Shown here one piece after another: positions 51,496 to 63,791 of a stretch of 64,000 bases of DNA. Numbering within the stretch: position 1 is the first letter of the stretch; each line of letters starts with the position of its first letter. The DNA lies in the NCBI RefSeq assembly GCF_006345805.1, contig NC_042999.1, positions 46,190,001 through 46,254,000 on the forward strand. Direction: 5' to 3'. Under the pieces are notes generated by a model. That model was not told where the DNA came from. It saw only the letters and a program-made list of their open reading frames with translations, and searched no databases. Made by a program: the position numbers and the translations under genes. Source of the stretch: Octopus sinensis (lineage: Eukaryota).

Positions 51496-51900
51496 TACTC
51501 TTTTACTCTTTACTCTTTTACTTGTTTCAGTCATTTGACTGCGGCCATGCTGGAGCACCGCCTTTAGTCGAGCAAATCGACCCCGGGACTTATTCTTTGT
51601 AAGCCCAGTACTTATTATATCGGTCTCTTTTGCCGAACCGCTAAGTTACGGGGACGTAAACACACCAGCATCGGTTGTCAAGCAATGCTAGGGGGACAAA
51701 CACAAACACACACATATATATACATATACATATATACGATGGGCTTCTTTCAGTTTCTGTCTACCAAATCCACTCACAAGGCATTGGTCGGCCCGGGGCT
51801 ATAGCAGAAGACACTTGCCCAAGATGCCACGCAGTGGGACTGAACCCAGAACCATGTGGTTGGTTAGCAAGCTACTTACCACACAGCCACTCCTGCGCCT
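51496..51900 (-). mobile_element. SINE-B, full length
   Basis: Reverse-strand match. Confidence 0.9.
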
Positions 51901-51955
51901 AATATAATAATAATAATATTATTATTATTGTTGTTGTTGTATTATTATTATTATT

Positions 51956-54900
51956 GTCATTTACTTTTAATCTGCATGTTTGATGCAATCACCTGCCGGG
52001 GCACACCCAGCGCCCTAGGGCAAGTGAAGGTTAAGAGTTGTTGAAATATAGCTGAAAGCTTGGGGAGGGGAAGTAGAGAAATATCTCCATGTAATACAAA
52101 CAAACATTTACATTGATAGGGTTTTTCTAAGGATGTGGGCAGTACTTGTTAGCACAATCTTTTGGATTTCCTTGAGACATGGTTTTCCAGGGATATTGTC
52201 TAGGTGTTTCTGACATCCCTTTTTTATCATACCTAGGGCACCTACAATAACAGGAACAGTTTTTGTTTTAAGATTCCACATCCTCTGTATTTCGATTTCC
52301 AGGTCCTTATATTTACTAAGTTTGTCAAATTCCTTGACAGATACATTTTTATCAGTGGGGACGCTTACTTCTATTAGTCTGCAGGTATTTTCTTCCCTGT
52401 CTTTAACAATTATGTCTGGTCGATTAGCCTTGATCGTTCTGTCAGTGTTGACTGGAAAATCCCAGAGGATGGTGACATCTTTACCTTCAACAACTGGCTG
52501 AGGATGGTGTTCATACCAGTTAGCAGGAGTGTCGGATTTGTAGTGTTTACATATCTTCCAATGTATATACTGTCCTACCCTATCGTGGCGATTTTTGTAT
52601 TCGTTTGGTGTCAGCACAGGACATCCCGAAACGAGATGGTCTATTGTTTCGTCAAATGTGTCACAGAATCTGCATTTAGGGTCAGTACCGTTTCGGAGAA
52701 CGTTAGCCTGGTAATTTCTGGTAAACAAGCTTTGATCTTGTGCTGCCATTATGAAGCCTTCAGTCTCTGCTTTCAATCCAGAACTCTTCAGCCACTGATG
52801 GGTTGTTGCTTGGTCTACATCAGCATTTTGGCTTCGGAGAATGTATTGTCCATGCAGGGGCTTCTGGCTCCACCGCCTCTCAATTTGATTCTGCCCATTC
52901 TTTTTTGCAGTCTGCCTGATTCGCTTTGCTTGCTTGGTAGCAGTGGTTTCTGGCTCTTCACCTGATTCAAGGTTAATGCCTAGTTCCCTTTCGAACTTAT
53001 AAGCTTCCTTGACAATAGAATGCAGCTTTTTGCTGCTTTCGTGTTCACACACAAGTCGCAGCATCCAGTCTTTTGTACTAGATAGGTACCTGTTCATTCC
53101 TACAGTAGAGGTCTTATAGCACAGCTCCAATTGCATCATTCCTCTCCCCCCGCTGCTTCTAGGTAGGTACAAGCGGTCTACATCTGCCTTAGGGTGGTGC
53201 ATGCTCCTGGATGTCAGTAACTTTCTTGTCTTCCTGTCCAAGCGTTGGAGTTCCGTAAGGTTCCAGTTAATGATGTTAAAACTGTACTGGACTACTGGAA
53301 GTGCCAGGGTGTTAATGGCCTCAATGCAATTTTTGGAGTTGAGTTCAGTCTTCAGTACAAGCCTTATTCTCCTATAGTACTCCCTTCTTATTTTTTCCTT
53401 CATAGTAGCATGATGTATACCATCTCCTTCGTTGATTCCTAGGATTTGTAACTTTCTTGTGGGTCAAGTTCCTTGATGGTAGTGTCAATATCTAATTTAA
53501 CAGAAGCTGTTTGCCTGAGCTTGCCTCTTACAAAAGTTGCTTTAGCACACTTATCAAGGCCAAAATCCATTCCGATATCATTGCTAAACTCTTAACAGTT
53601 GTTAGCAGCCCTTCTAGCTCTTGGTCATTCTTGGCAAACAGCTTTAGATCGTCCATATAAAAAAGGTGGTTTATTAACTTGCTAAAAACTTTGTACCCAT
53701 ATCTGGCACTATCCAATTCGTTTGAGAGTGGGATCAGTGCCATGCAAAAAAGTAATGGAGAGAGGGAGTCACCTTGAAAGATGCCTCGTTTGATGTTGAT
53801 GCTGTTGGACTGGCTCATCCCATTACTATGGCTTAGAAAGAGACGTGTGTTCCACATGGTCATGCTATTCTCTAAGAATTTTGAGACGACAGGGGAGATC
53901 TTGTATATCTCAAGGGCCTTGAGTATCCTTTATGTGGGACACTGTCATACGCTTTCCTGTAGTCTATCCATGCCATACTCAGGTTTTTGTTTTTGCTCCG
54001 GCAATCTCTACAATCATTCTGTTTATGAGCAATTGGTCTTTGCACCCATAAGAGTTTCTTTTACAACCTTTTTGAGCTTGTGGAAGGATAGAATTTTGTT
54101 CAAGGAAAGCGTACATTCTCTCCGTTATTATGGATGTGAGGATTTTGTAGGTGGTGTTGAGACATGTATTGGCCGGTAATTCTTGGGTTTTTTGTGTCTT
54201 CGGTTTTAGGTAATAGGTAGGTGGTTCCTTCAGTCAGCCAAGCAGGTATTTGCTCTGGGTTCTGAATGACATCAGACAGAGATGCAGCGAGATGTTCGTG
54301 TACCTCTGTCAAACAATTCAGCCAGAAGTTAGGGATCCGATCCAGTCCTGGGGTTTTCCATTTATGAGCCTTCCTAAGGACACACCTTAGCTCCTCTATT
54401 CCTATTGCTTCCCATTTCTGTTCTTCAAGTTCATCCAGTCTCTCTTTCTCACGTTCTATCCAGTCAGCCTCAGCATTAAACTCTTTTTCGTTGCTCCATA
54501 CCTTCTTCCAGAACTCCTCCACTTCCTCAATCTTAGGTGGATCTTCTATGTGTATTTTATTTTTGCCAATTTCCCTATAAAATTTCTTTGCATCTGTCTT
54601 AAAAAATTATTTTGTCGATAAAATTTGTTTCTTTGTCATACCTTCTAAGCCGTTGAGCTTTCAACTGTATCCGTTGTTTCAACAGTTCCTTAGTGCAGGG
54701 AGGTTATGAGATCTTTGATTTTATATTTTTGCTTGATTTTTCTAGCTTTTCTCGGCTTAATATTCACTCCTCTAGCAAGCTCATCGAGAACTGAAACATC
54801 CGCCGCAGAGATTCAATCTCTTTTTGTATCGCTACTTTCCACTTAGGAGGTTCATTGACATGCCTGGCCTTTTTCTTTGTCATCTTAATACCTAGTTGGG

Positions 54901-55961
54901 TAGTTTACTTTAGCAGTGGAATAAATGAGATTATTTAAGGTTGTCAAATCATTCCCCTTATTTCTTAAGATCTGTCCTAGGGCAACGTTATATGTCATGA
55001 TTGTGTTGTTATTTCTTGTGCCATTTGAAAACTTTGGTAGTGGTTCTCTATTAACCATGTCAGTGAGCTCAATCTTGCCGAGTTCTCTCATAATGTCCAC
55101 TTTTGCTTCCATAATCTTTTCTCTATTATTCACCTCAAATTCTATGTCATATCTATTTTGGTTTTCTTGAGGAAGGTCTACGTTCTCCTCTTTTTTCAAA
55201 TCTCTCGTCTTCGCTATTCTTTGTTTAACTTCCCCATTGGGAAGTTGATTTGCCGCTTGTACACTGGCTTCTGTGCTACTGTTACCTATTCGTCTACATT
55301 GTTGCTGTTTTCTTTTGGTCTACCATGAGCTATTAGTGTCCTAATTTTGTCAATTTCAGCGTCAGTTAGTCTTTTGTTTTAATTATATCTCTGCGTACAT
55401 TACTTAATTTATTGCGTCTATATATCTACGTACGTCATTGCCTACTGAATTTCTCCATGAGATGTATGTTTGTACACTGAGGTTATTGTTTGGGTTTAGT
55501 TGGGCTGTATAAAAAGCTTTCAACACATCTCTATAGTCCTCTCTGGTCCATTTTATACGTTTTGCTTTAGGTGGTGTTTTGGTGGTGTGTCACTACAAGT
55601 CCAGAGTTAGAAGTATTCTGGTTCTGGTCACCTGGTAGATCGTCTTTTTGAGAGTTTGTTCCAGCAGCAAACTTTTCGACCCCAGTTTGGTTCCCTACTG
55701 GGTAACGCGGTCCTTGTTGTCCCGGGCGATGACCGATCCGGCATGATTTTTGGCTTGTTTTCATTAAATGATTGACGGCGACATCAGGGGGGTCCATTTT
55801 TTCAGAGTCAACTTTTTGACAAGACGCCGCTTCTGTGACGGTGACAGGGTCAATTTTTTGACAAAACACCGCTTCTGAATTCTCCGAATTAATATATTGT
55901 TCATATCGAACTCGCATAAGACTTACAGATCGAAATTCGCCTCTATTTCTTTTGGTAGTCA

Positions 55962-55963
<2 letters not shown>
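51956..55963 (-). mobile_element. Near full-length Dong/R4-clade RLE non-LTR retrotransposon inserted in (TAA)n; ORF broken by a stop and several frameshifts
   Basis: N-terminal KRIKWTREDY motif; RT motifs GIFQGDSLSPLLF and HLFYMDDLKL; CRFC..ETIDHLVSGC zinc knuckle; RHD; NRPDI..EVSVP..KLSKY endonuclease; TAA arrays on both sides on the minus strand. Confidence 0.92.
52108..53403 (-). CDS. C-terminal 431-aa piece of the Dong/R4 ORF (post-RT region, CCHC knuckle, PD-(D/E)xK restriction-like endonuclease)
   Basis: Motifs read directly in the supplied translation. Confidence 0.85.
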   Translation of the reverse strand: MKEKIRREYYRRIRLVLKTELNSKNCIEAINTLALPVVQYSFNIINWNLTELQRLDRKTRKLLTSRSMHHPKADVDRLYLPRSSGGRGMMQLELCYKTSTVGMNRYLSSTKDWMLRLVCEHESSKKLHSIVKEAYKFERELGINLESGEEPETTATKQAKRIRQTAKKNGQNQIERRWSQKPLHGQYILRSQNADVDQATTHQWLKSSGLKAETEGFIMAAQDQSLFTRNYQANVLRNGTDPKCRFCDTFDETIDHLVSGCPVLTPNEYKNRHDRVGQYIHWKICKHYKSDTPANWYEHHPQPVVEGKDVTILWDFPVNTDRTIKANRPDIIVKDREENTCRLIEVSVPTDKNVSVKEFDKLSKYKDLEIEIQRMWNLKTKTVPVIVGALGMIKKGCQKHLDNIPGKPCLKEIQKIVLTSTAHILRKTLSM

Positions 55964-56005
<42 letters not shown>

Positions 56006-56624
56006 GTAGTAGTAGTAGTAGTAGTAGTAGTATTTATTCGAAAAAGAAGGGAGGTGGATTAGCGGATTCGAGGAAGCAACGCGTAAAATGCTCTGCATAT
56101 CCGATTTTCATTCTTATAAATCCAATGGAATAGGGTCCAGTAGATTACTGTGACGAACAAATTGACTTAAAATTCCCTCCAAATATGTTGCCTAGTGCAC
56201 AGATATTGTTAATTCGAAAGAATTTTTAAGACTATGGGCTCGATGCAATACAGCTTGAAGGTACCTAGGCTGATAACTATAGAATTTTCCTACTGGGAAC
56301 ATCATTTCAGAAGATTCCATTCTAGGCAATCCTGAGTAAGTTTTTAGAGTGGGATTTACGGAATGAAACAAAGTAATGACGATAAGAGGAAGAGAGACAG
56401 ATGTAGTCGATTTTTGGGTGGAGTAGTTCAAAGTTTGCTTCTGAGAGGTACAGAGGTAACTATCGTAAAAGCAGAAGAAGAGTGAAGAAGCAACAGCGTC
56501 TGTGGCCTATATGTTTCTTGTGGATATACCATAAAAATTGCTTCGTGTGCAATAGCAACACTATCTTACCATAGTAAACGGTTTATTTATAAATTTCTCT
56601 CACAGGTTTGATACCCATCCTTAT

Positions 56625-56880
56625 CATCTCTTGTGAAAAGTAGGAGAGTCCAGTTTGCTGGACATTGTTGTAGAGCTGAAAAAGAGGTAATTTCTACTCT
56701 TCTCCTTTGGAAGCCATCTACTCGCAATACCAGAGGGCGCACACTCTCCTACCCTGATGTAATCTCCAGGGATACAGGCATCCAGCAACAGGACCTCCGT
56801 AATGCCATGATGGACCGTGAAGTCTGGCGTAGCATGGCAAATTCCATTGTCTCGACCACGGTCGAACAATGATGATGATG
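56625..56880 (+). mobile_element. 5'-truncated RTE-like LINE, same family
   Basis: Near-identical to the other two copies; TSD atccttat at 56617-56624 and 56881-56888. Confidence 0.9.
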
Positions 56881-57884
56881 ATCCTTATATTAGTCCCCTC
56901 AAAATACAGCAGTTTCTGAGCTTCTTTTATATAAGTACGAAAGCCCAGTCAGATCACCTGAAAGTCTAGCTTTCTGTATCTGAAATGGAAGATGTTTCAA
57001 CCCGGAGTAATAATTTCTCTCACTTTACACAGTGTAATTACAACCCATGGATGAGTATTACTCCAATTTTAAGAACGGAGCCGCATCTAAATTCACAAAC
57101 ATTCTCAACTGTATCCAAGAAAAAAAAATCAAAGTCAAAAGGAGGCTACAATTACTTATCCATCGATATGCTGTATCATCCCTTTGTCTCTTATTGATAC
57201 AGTAACGTTTCCTGATCAGAGTTTTCTCACTTATTTAGTTGTACTGTTCTCTTCGTACCCCGACCTAAGCCGGATGCTGATAACCCTTTTTGTTTCGGTA
57301 AATCTTAGCTAATTATTTAAGGAAACATCGCCCTTAATAATCGCTATTTCTCATTTTTATTCTCCAAATTTATATTTTACAGCTCATAACAATCTCACAT
57401 TTTCATTATCTACATCAAACTTCAAAAATCTCTCTCAAAATATACCCTACTCGATCAGGGGCTAAACAACAATAGAATTAATTGTTTCTAACTTAAGCAC
57501 AAAGCTCGAAATTTGAGGGTAGGAGATTAGTCGATAAATTTAGACAGTGATAATTTTAGACTATTTTGTCGACCCCAGAGGTGTAAAAGGTAAAATTGAT
57601 CTCGGCAGGATATTAACTTGGAATGGTGTAACAAAATAGAGCAAGCCCAATGCGTTAATGATCCTTCCAACGTACCACGCTAACAACAACGACATCAACA
57701 GCAAAAACATCAACATTAAATGTTAACATCTCAGAGTTTATCCCTTTGATCATAGTCTGCTCAAAATGAACCGGCCTTGTGCTAAAAAATAGCATAAACT
57801 ACTTACAATTTATTTTTCTGATTATAGATCTTATTGATTTAGGTAGGCCCAAAATTAAGCAATGAACAACAGCAACAACAGCGT

Positions 57885-58075
57885 GAAGGCGCAATGGCCC
57901 AGTGGTTAGGGCAGCGGACTCGCGGTCGTAAGAACGCGGTTTCGATTCCCAGACCGGGCATTTTGAGTGTTTATTGAGCAAAAACACCTGAGCTCCACGA
58001 GGATCTGGCGGGGTGGGTGGGGGTGAACCCCGCTGTACTCTTTCACCACAACTTTCTCTTTCTTCCTACTTCTGC
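57885..58075 (+). mobile_element. SINE-C, 3'-truncated
   Basis: Match to the family head. Confidence 0.85.
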
Positions 58076-58462
58076 CACAAAGCAGAAAGTTTACCATTAT
58101 GGTGTGGTAAACTTTCAGATCCTAATCTAGATTGCAAATCCTCTGTACCACAGGATGGTTCAGCTCTCCACCCGTTAAAAGCCACGGTTTACGGAATGAG
58201 GATAACGTAGCGCCCGTGCAACCACCAGTCTATCGTACGTGGTGGGTGGATCGCTAAGTTGCCACACGCATTCTTAGTAGCTTAGAGAAAGCTCGAATTA
58301 GAGATTATTCTTTGTGGCTAATGGCGTCAGTCCTGATTGGAAGAAGACATCAACAGCAGTAGCAATAGTTTACCTTGTTTTTAATTAAAATATATTAAAT
58401 TCATCAGCTTACAAAAAACGTTCGTTTATTTCCATATTTACTGTCTGTTCATTTATTTTCAG

Positions 58463-58575
58463 TTTCACGCCAAAATTACGATTTTCTAAGGTCGTGGTTT
58501 GACCAACCAGTTATTGACCTGAGTGCACTATGTGCACGTCTACATTACTATGTCACACCTTTGAATAACGTCCGG
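58463..58575 (+). CDS. PLEKHM1: Coding exon, RH domain (VSRQNYDFLRSWFDQPVIDLSALCARLHYYVTPLNNVR)
   Basis: Acceptor atttattttcag, donor CGG|gtaaat; 113 nt, phase 1 to 0; aligns without gaps to the remembered RH segment ICRQ..FL....QP+I.L...A.L...V. Confidence 0.85.
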
Positions 58576-58821
58576 GTAAATATCTCGATTCCTTCTTCCT
58601 CTCAAAACGTTATTTCTTTATACTTTGTACATGCACTGGAGTTGTTGTATGTGATAAACTAGCCATGCTATACTGAGATTTGGGTATTGGAGTCTGTATT
58701 TGCGGAGGAGGCTGGAGACAAATGATGCAAGCATGTATGAACTTCAGGAGAAAAAGGAGCTGAGAGATAAAATAGAAATAAGAAGAATCAATTACATACC
58801 TGTCTGTCTCTATTTCTCTCT

Positions 58822-58857
<36 letters not shown>

Positions 58858-58979
58858 ACTCTTGTATGAACTACCATTTATTTTCCTCTAATTCTCCCAC
58901 TCTCCTTATCTTCTTTCTATCTTCACGCGTACATACTCATACTATACTACTCTTCCACTTACACACCAGATCATACATA

Positions 58980-59620
58980 AATGTGTCCACATACATGCAT
59001 ATCCTTCCCCATCCTCTCTCTCCCCCTCCTCTCCTCTCCCCCTCCTCTCTCCCCCATCCCCTGTCCCCCCTCTCTTCTCTTCTCTCCTTCTCTCTCTCCT
59101 CATATACCCACCTTCCCCTCTCCCCATAATCCACCCACCCCTACTCCACCTTCCTACCCTTCCCCCCCCCTTACCCACTCTACCCCACCCACCCCCACAC
59201 CTCTCACCCCTATCCCACACCTCTCCCCACATACCTCACCCCTATCCCATACCCCATCCCCCACATACCTCACCTCTAACCCCACCCTCTACCTACCCAC
59301 AACCCCCACTCTACCACCCACCTCTACCCCGACCCCCAGCCGAACCCACACCCCACTTATGCTTTCCCAACTCTCGCCTCCCTCACCTCCCCCCACCCCA
59401 CCACACCACACTACACTACACCACACATTACATATCACATCACATCACAACACACCACCCACACACCCATCCCCACATCTTTACACCTACACATACATAC
59501 ACATATCACATCACAACACACCACCCACACAGCCATCCCCCATCTCCACACCCACACACGTGTCCAGACCACTAGCCCTCTTTCACACGCACATACATCC
59601 TCTCTTATACACACACGCAC
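58980..59620. repeat. C-rich low-complexity tract
   Basis: Seen directly; explains the Pro/Thr-rich and Gly/Arg-rich pseudo-ORFs. Confidence 0.9.
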
Positions 59621-59775
59621 CTTTGTGTTGGGGCACCTTCGTATTGGAAGTCACTCGACCCTGTTATCTCCCCTACTGTCCCTCTCACGTCTGACCATTG
59701 TCCGAAGTCAGGACGCCATGATAGATCGTTAGCTCCTACACGCATTTTTTTTCTCTCCTTGTTTTTTTCTGTGTA

Positions 59776-59813
59776 TCTTTCTGTCGAAGAGCGTAGGCTC
59801 GAAACGTAAGAGA
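59776..59813 (+). ncRNA. Minimal type I hammerhead-like fold with variant core CUGUCGA, within a Penelope-type repeat
   Basis: tcttt-CTGTCGA-a-gagc(gtag)gctc-GAAAC-GTA-agaga: stems I and II pair, and the loop-less ACGT stem III is palindromic. Activity is unknown. Confidence 0.55.
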
Positions 59814-59907
59814 CTTTTACTTTTCCTGAGCGCTATACTAATACATTTGTTTGTTTGTACTCCACCTGCCTTCATCTTTTATTTATTTTCGTAAACTTTC
59901 CCTTTAT

Positions 59908-59949
<42 letters not shown>

Positions 59950-59965
59950 GATATTTTACACATGA

Positions 59966-60148
59966 ATAACATGGAGAATCGTAGAAAGTCCAGGCCCCTA
60001 CATAAGCGGGACCAAGCATTGTAAACTGTACATAACCGAACGGGCAAGGATGTTAAAGGACTCCATTGACCCAGGGAACTTCCTTAATTTCAGAATGGAA
60101 GTCTTCGGATTCTGTTTGCACTTCGGGAAGTTCCTGCTGGTGTCCTGA
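59966..60148 (+). mobile_element. Penelope-like element C-terminal fragment, different subgroup
   Basis: ITWRIVESPGPYISGTKHCKLYITER...NFLNFRMEVFGFCLHFGKFLL* resembles the PLE C-terminal pattern W.I...Y...K.C.LC..EK...LN.R.E....C.H..KFLL. Confidence 0.6.
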
Positions 60149-60414
60149 GACTCACACGATAACAGAGTCGATGTTTCGAGTTTTTTGACTCTCGTCAATG
60201 GGAAGTACCAAAGAGAGGCAACTCTGAACAAACTTATAAAGCAATAACGCCATGTAAAATTCAGCCAACGACGTTGACTGATTTGCGTTGGTAGATCGCC
60301 CGATCGAGAAAAATAACAAAATGTTAGCGACAAACTGTTGAAATATGTTCCAAACATATTTTAACTAACCTAAATTTTGCTTATACCTATACAATGCTTG
60401 ACGCTAACATTTTT

Positions 60415-60469
<55 letters not shown>

Positions 60470-60559
60470 TCAACAATAGGGTGAAAAAATTGAATATTAA
60501 TTAATAACATCAATTTAAAACACCAAGTGGCCTAGCGTAAAAAAAACTGGGATACAGTA

Positions 60560-60659
60560 NNNNNNNNNNNNNNNNNNNNNNNNNNNNNNNNNNNNNNNNN
60601 NNNNNNNNNNNNNNNNNNNNNNNNNNNNNNNNNNNNNNNNNNNNNNNNNNNNNNNNNNN
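60560..60659. other. Assembly gap (100 N)
   Basis: Run of N. Confidence 1.
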
Positions 60660-60836
60660 GCTGAATGGTTGTATATATATATATATATATATATATTTAC
60701 ATATCACATATTATTTCTTTAAATCACATATATTTAATTACATATTTAAGCGTTTTCAACTACTACTGTAGTTTCATCAGAAATGTCAGTTTGTAGAGTT
60801 TTGTCTGTTTTTTATATTATTGGTGAATGAAGTGGG

Positions 60837-60882
<46 letters not shown>

Positions 60883-61077
60883 TAGGGAAATAGAGGAATG
60901 GAGCAGGTGAAAGAAAGAGAATATGGGTGTGTGTGTTTTAAAAATGTGTTTTTTCTCTCTTTTCCTTTTGGGTCCTTTTGTATTTTTAGATGATCTTTGT
61001 AAGAAATGGAAAGAGAGAAGGAAAAAGAGGGTTTATTTTTTAATAGTAAGAGTGTTGCTATGTACACACATATATCC

Positions 61078-61127
<50 letters not shown>

Positions 61128-61236
61128 ATATACACACACACACAATATATATATATATAATAACAAAATAATAAATAAAACATATGCATATATACATGTA
61201 CGTACCTACATCTATATGTATATATATATATGCTTA

Positions 61237-61520
61237 TATGGGTACAGGACACCAAAAAACGTCGAACACAATGAGAAACGAAAACATAAACACAAAACCA
61301 AGGAAATGAACATTTTTCTTAAACAACGAAAAAAAGAGTACAAGACATACAACACAAGAAACATTCCCCTTCTTCAGCCGCCTCTGTTTCATCTACTCTG
61401 CGTTTCGAAGATAAAGGCGAGACACGACTTTGTTGAAACAGTCCGAATGAGAAAATGTTTTGAACGCTTTGAGGACGGCGAGAGAGACAGGAAAAGCCGT
61501 CCACACTTGAAGGAAGCCAG
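61237..61520. repeat. Unclassified interspersed repeat, copy 2
   Basis: Homologous to 14765-14947 and longer. Confidence 0.75.
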
Positions 61521-61836
61521 GTCAGAAAGACAGTAGTAGCCTTCTCGTCGCGTGTCCGCGATGGGAGGGAGGAGGAGGAGGAGTAAGAGATGGAGGAACT
61601 TATTGTGTGTGTGTGTGTTTTCATAAACATTCATACATACATATTGAAAATGAGACAGAAAGAAAGGGAAAAAAATGAAAGAAAATATAAAATATAAAAA
61701 TAAAGAAAATATTGTGTTCATTTCTTACTTGGCACTCCCTTGAGTTTCTAAAAGAACAGGTGGTTTACCATTCAATGTTTAATATACATATACATACATA
61801 AACACATACCCACATATATACATACACACCACTTAC

Positions 61837-61877
<41 letters not shown>

Positions 61878-63112
61878 ATATATATATATCGCCGATGTAA
61901 AGTTCCTTCTTTTTAGTGTTTCCAAATCCAAATTAAGAAATTTTGAGCTGATGAAAGAAATGCTGATTTTATTTGGCTAATCTTGAAACGTTGACGTACT
62001 CAAACGATCTATGTACTTGTGATATTTTTCTGTATTTACCTCCAAACCTTCGTGAGCTGTCTAGAGTAAACATTATCTGAGAAAAATTTTCTTTAAGTAG
62101 TAGAAATGGCTAAAAAAATTTTTTTAGCTGCTATTTCTACTAAGTTCAGTATGTGGCAAAGTAATTTATTTTACTAAGCCCTAATTATATAATATATATA
62201 TAATATATATGTATACACATACACACATACATATACATATATACATGTATACATGCACACACACATACATACATGTATGTGTGTGTACATTATATACACA
62301 CACACACTCTCTCTCCCCACCTCATTCACTAATACAAGGGTACCCAAAAGTAACTGGAAGCGTTCCCTGTGAGACATGCTCGTGGTAGTTCAGACTTCTA
62401 CCGCTAGAAGTCACTTGATGCAAGCCTCAGGCATCAGTCTGCCGACCGGCGTCGCACTGTTACGTGACGCGTTTTGTTTTGCAGTGTTTCTCCCCTGTTC
62501 GTCGATTTTTGCGGTGGCTGAAACGAAAGAACACTATGCTTCGTGCTGGGGAAATAGCTTACAGTACGCTACCATTAGCAAAACACAAGCTTACGTAATG
62601 CGTGTGTGTGTATGTGTGTGTGCTTGTCTTGGCAATAGGTATTAGCTTGTTTACGTTCCAGTAACATAGCAGTTCGGCAAAAGAACCGATATATTAAGTA
62701 ACAAACTTGAAAAATAAGTTCTGTACATTTGATTAAAACCTTACAAGTCGGTGCTCCAGCATAGCCGCAGTCCAATGACTAGAGCAAGTACAAGGTAAAA
62801 GATTAAAAGTTTATTGCCGATAAAGTAGTTTGAGCGCAATGTACTGAGAGAAATAAAGCAAGGAAAGGTAGGGATGGTATGAGATTTGTGAGAAAATTGG
62901 AACACATTTTCGTTTATATATAATAAATAATAATGTTTTGATATTACTAATGCATGAAGTTAGGTTAAATAAATGAATTAGGCGTCTTAAGAATAATTAC
63001 GTCACATACATTCAAAGAGACATACTTGAAATTAGTTTTTATATATAATAGCATACACGACCTCAATTTATAAACTTATATACGTAAGCACATACAATCC
63101 TATATATATATA

Positions 63113-63162
<50 letters not shown>

Positions 63163-63194
63163 TATATATATATATATATATGTATATATACTTT

Positions 63195-63420
63195 TTTACT
63201 CTTTTACTTGTTGCAGTCATTTGACTGTGCCCATGCTGGAGCACCGCCTTCCAGTCGAGCAAATCGAACCACGGACTTATACTTCGAAAGCCTAGTACTT
63301 ATTCTATCGGGCTCTGTCGCCGAACCGCCAAGTTACGGGGACGTAAACACACCAGCATCGGTTGTCAAACGATGTTGGGGGAACAAACACAGACACACAA
63401 ACATATACACAGATACACAC
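63195..63420 (-). mobile_element. SINE-B, 3' half
   Basis: Reverse-strand match. Confidence 0.85.
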
Positions 63421-63429
63421 ACACACACC

Positions 63430-63630
63430 TTTAACATAGTTCTCGAGTAAATTCAGCGTGACAGAGAATGCGACAAGACTGGCTTATTGAAATACAGGTA
63501 CAACTTATTTTTGCCAGCTGAGTAAAGTGGAGCAACGTGAAATAAAGTGTCTTGCTCAAGGACACAACGCGCCGGGAATCGAACTTCGAACTCACGACCT
63601 ATTGATCGTGAGCCGAGTGCCCTAATCACT
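63430..63630 (-). mobile_element. SINE-D
   Basis: Reverse-strand match. Confidence 0.8.
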
Positions 63631-63791
63631 ATACTATACGATATATATATATATGGCGGTGCCCCAGCATGGCCACGGCTCGTGAGCTGAAACTAGATAA
63701 AATAAAAATAAAAGTAATAAAATACATACATACACGTGTGCGTATATGTGTGTATACATACACACACACATATATGTATATACATACATGC

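Noticed and set aside
56230-56335. Extra RH exon ending at CTGA|gtaagt
   Set aside because: The exons at 49665 and 58463 already join in frame without a gap in the domain; candidate frames here either contain stops or lack RH similarity.
61350-61420. Permuted (type II) hammerhead in the unclassified repeat (GAAAC...GTA...CTGAAGA on the minus strand)
   Set aside because: Stem I cannot form in either copy (61.4 kb or 14.9 kb).
62333-62520. Third mariner (TACAAGGGTACCCAAAAG terminus)
   Set aside because: Only one end and no transposase remnant, so it cannot be supported as an element.
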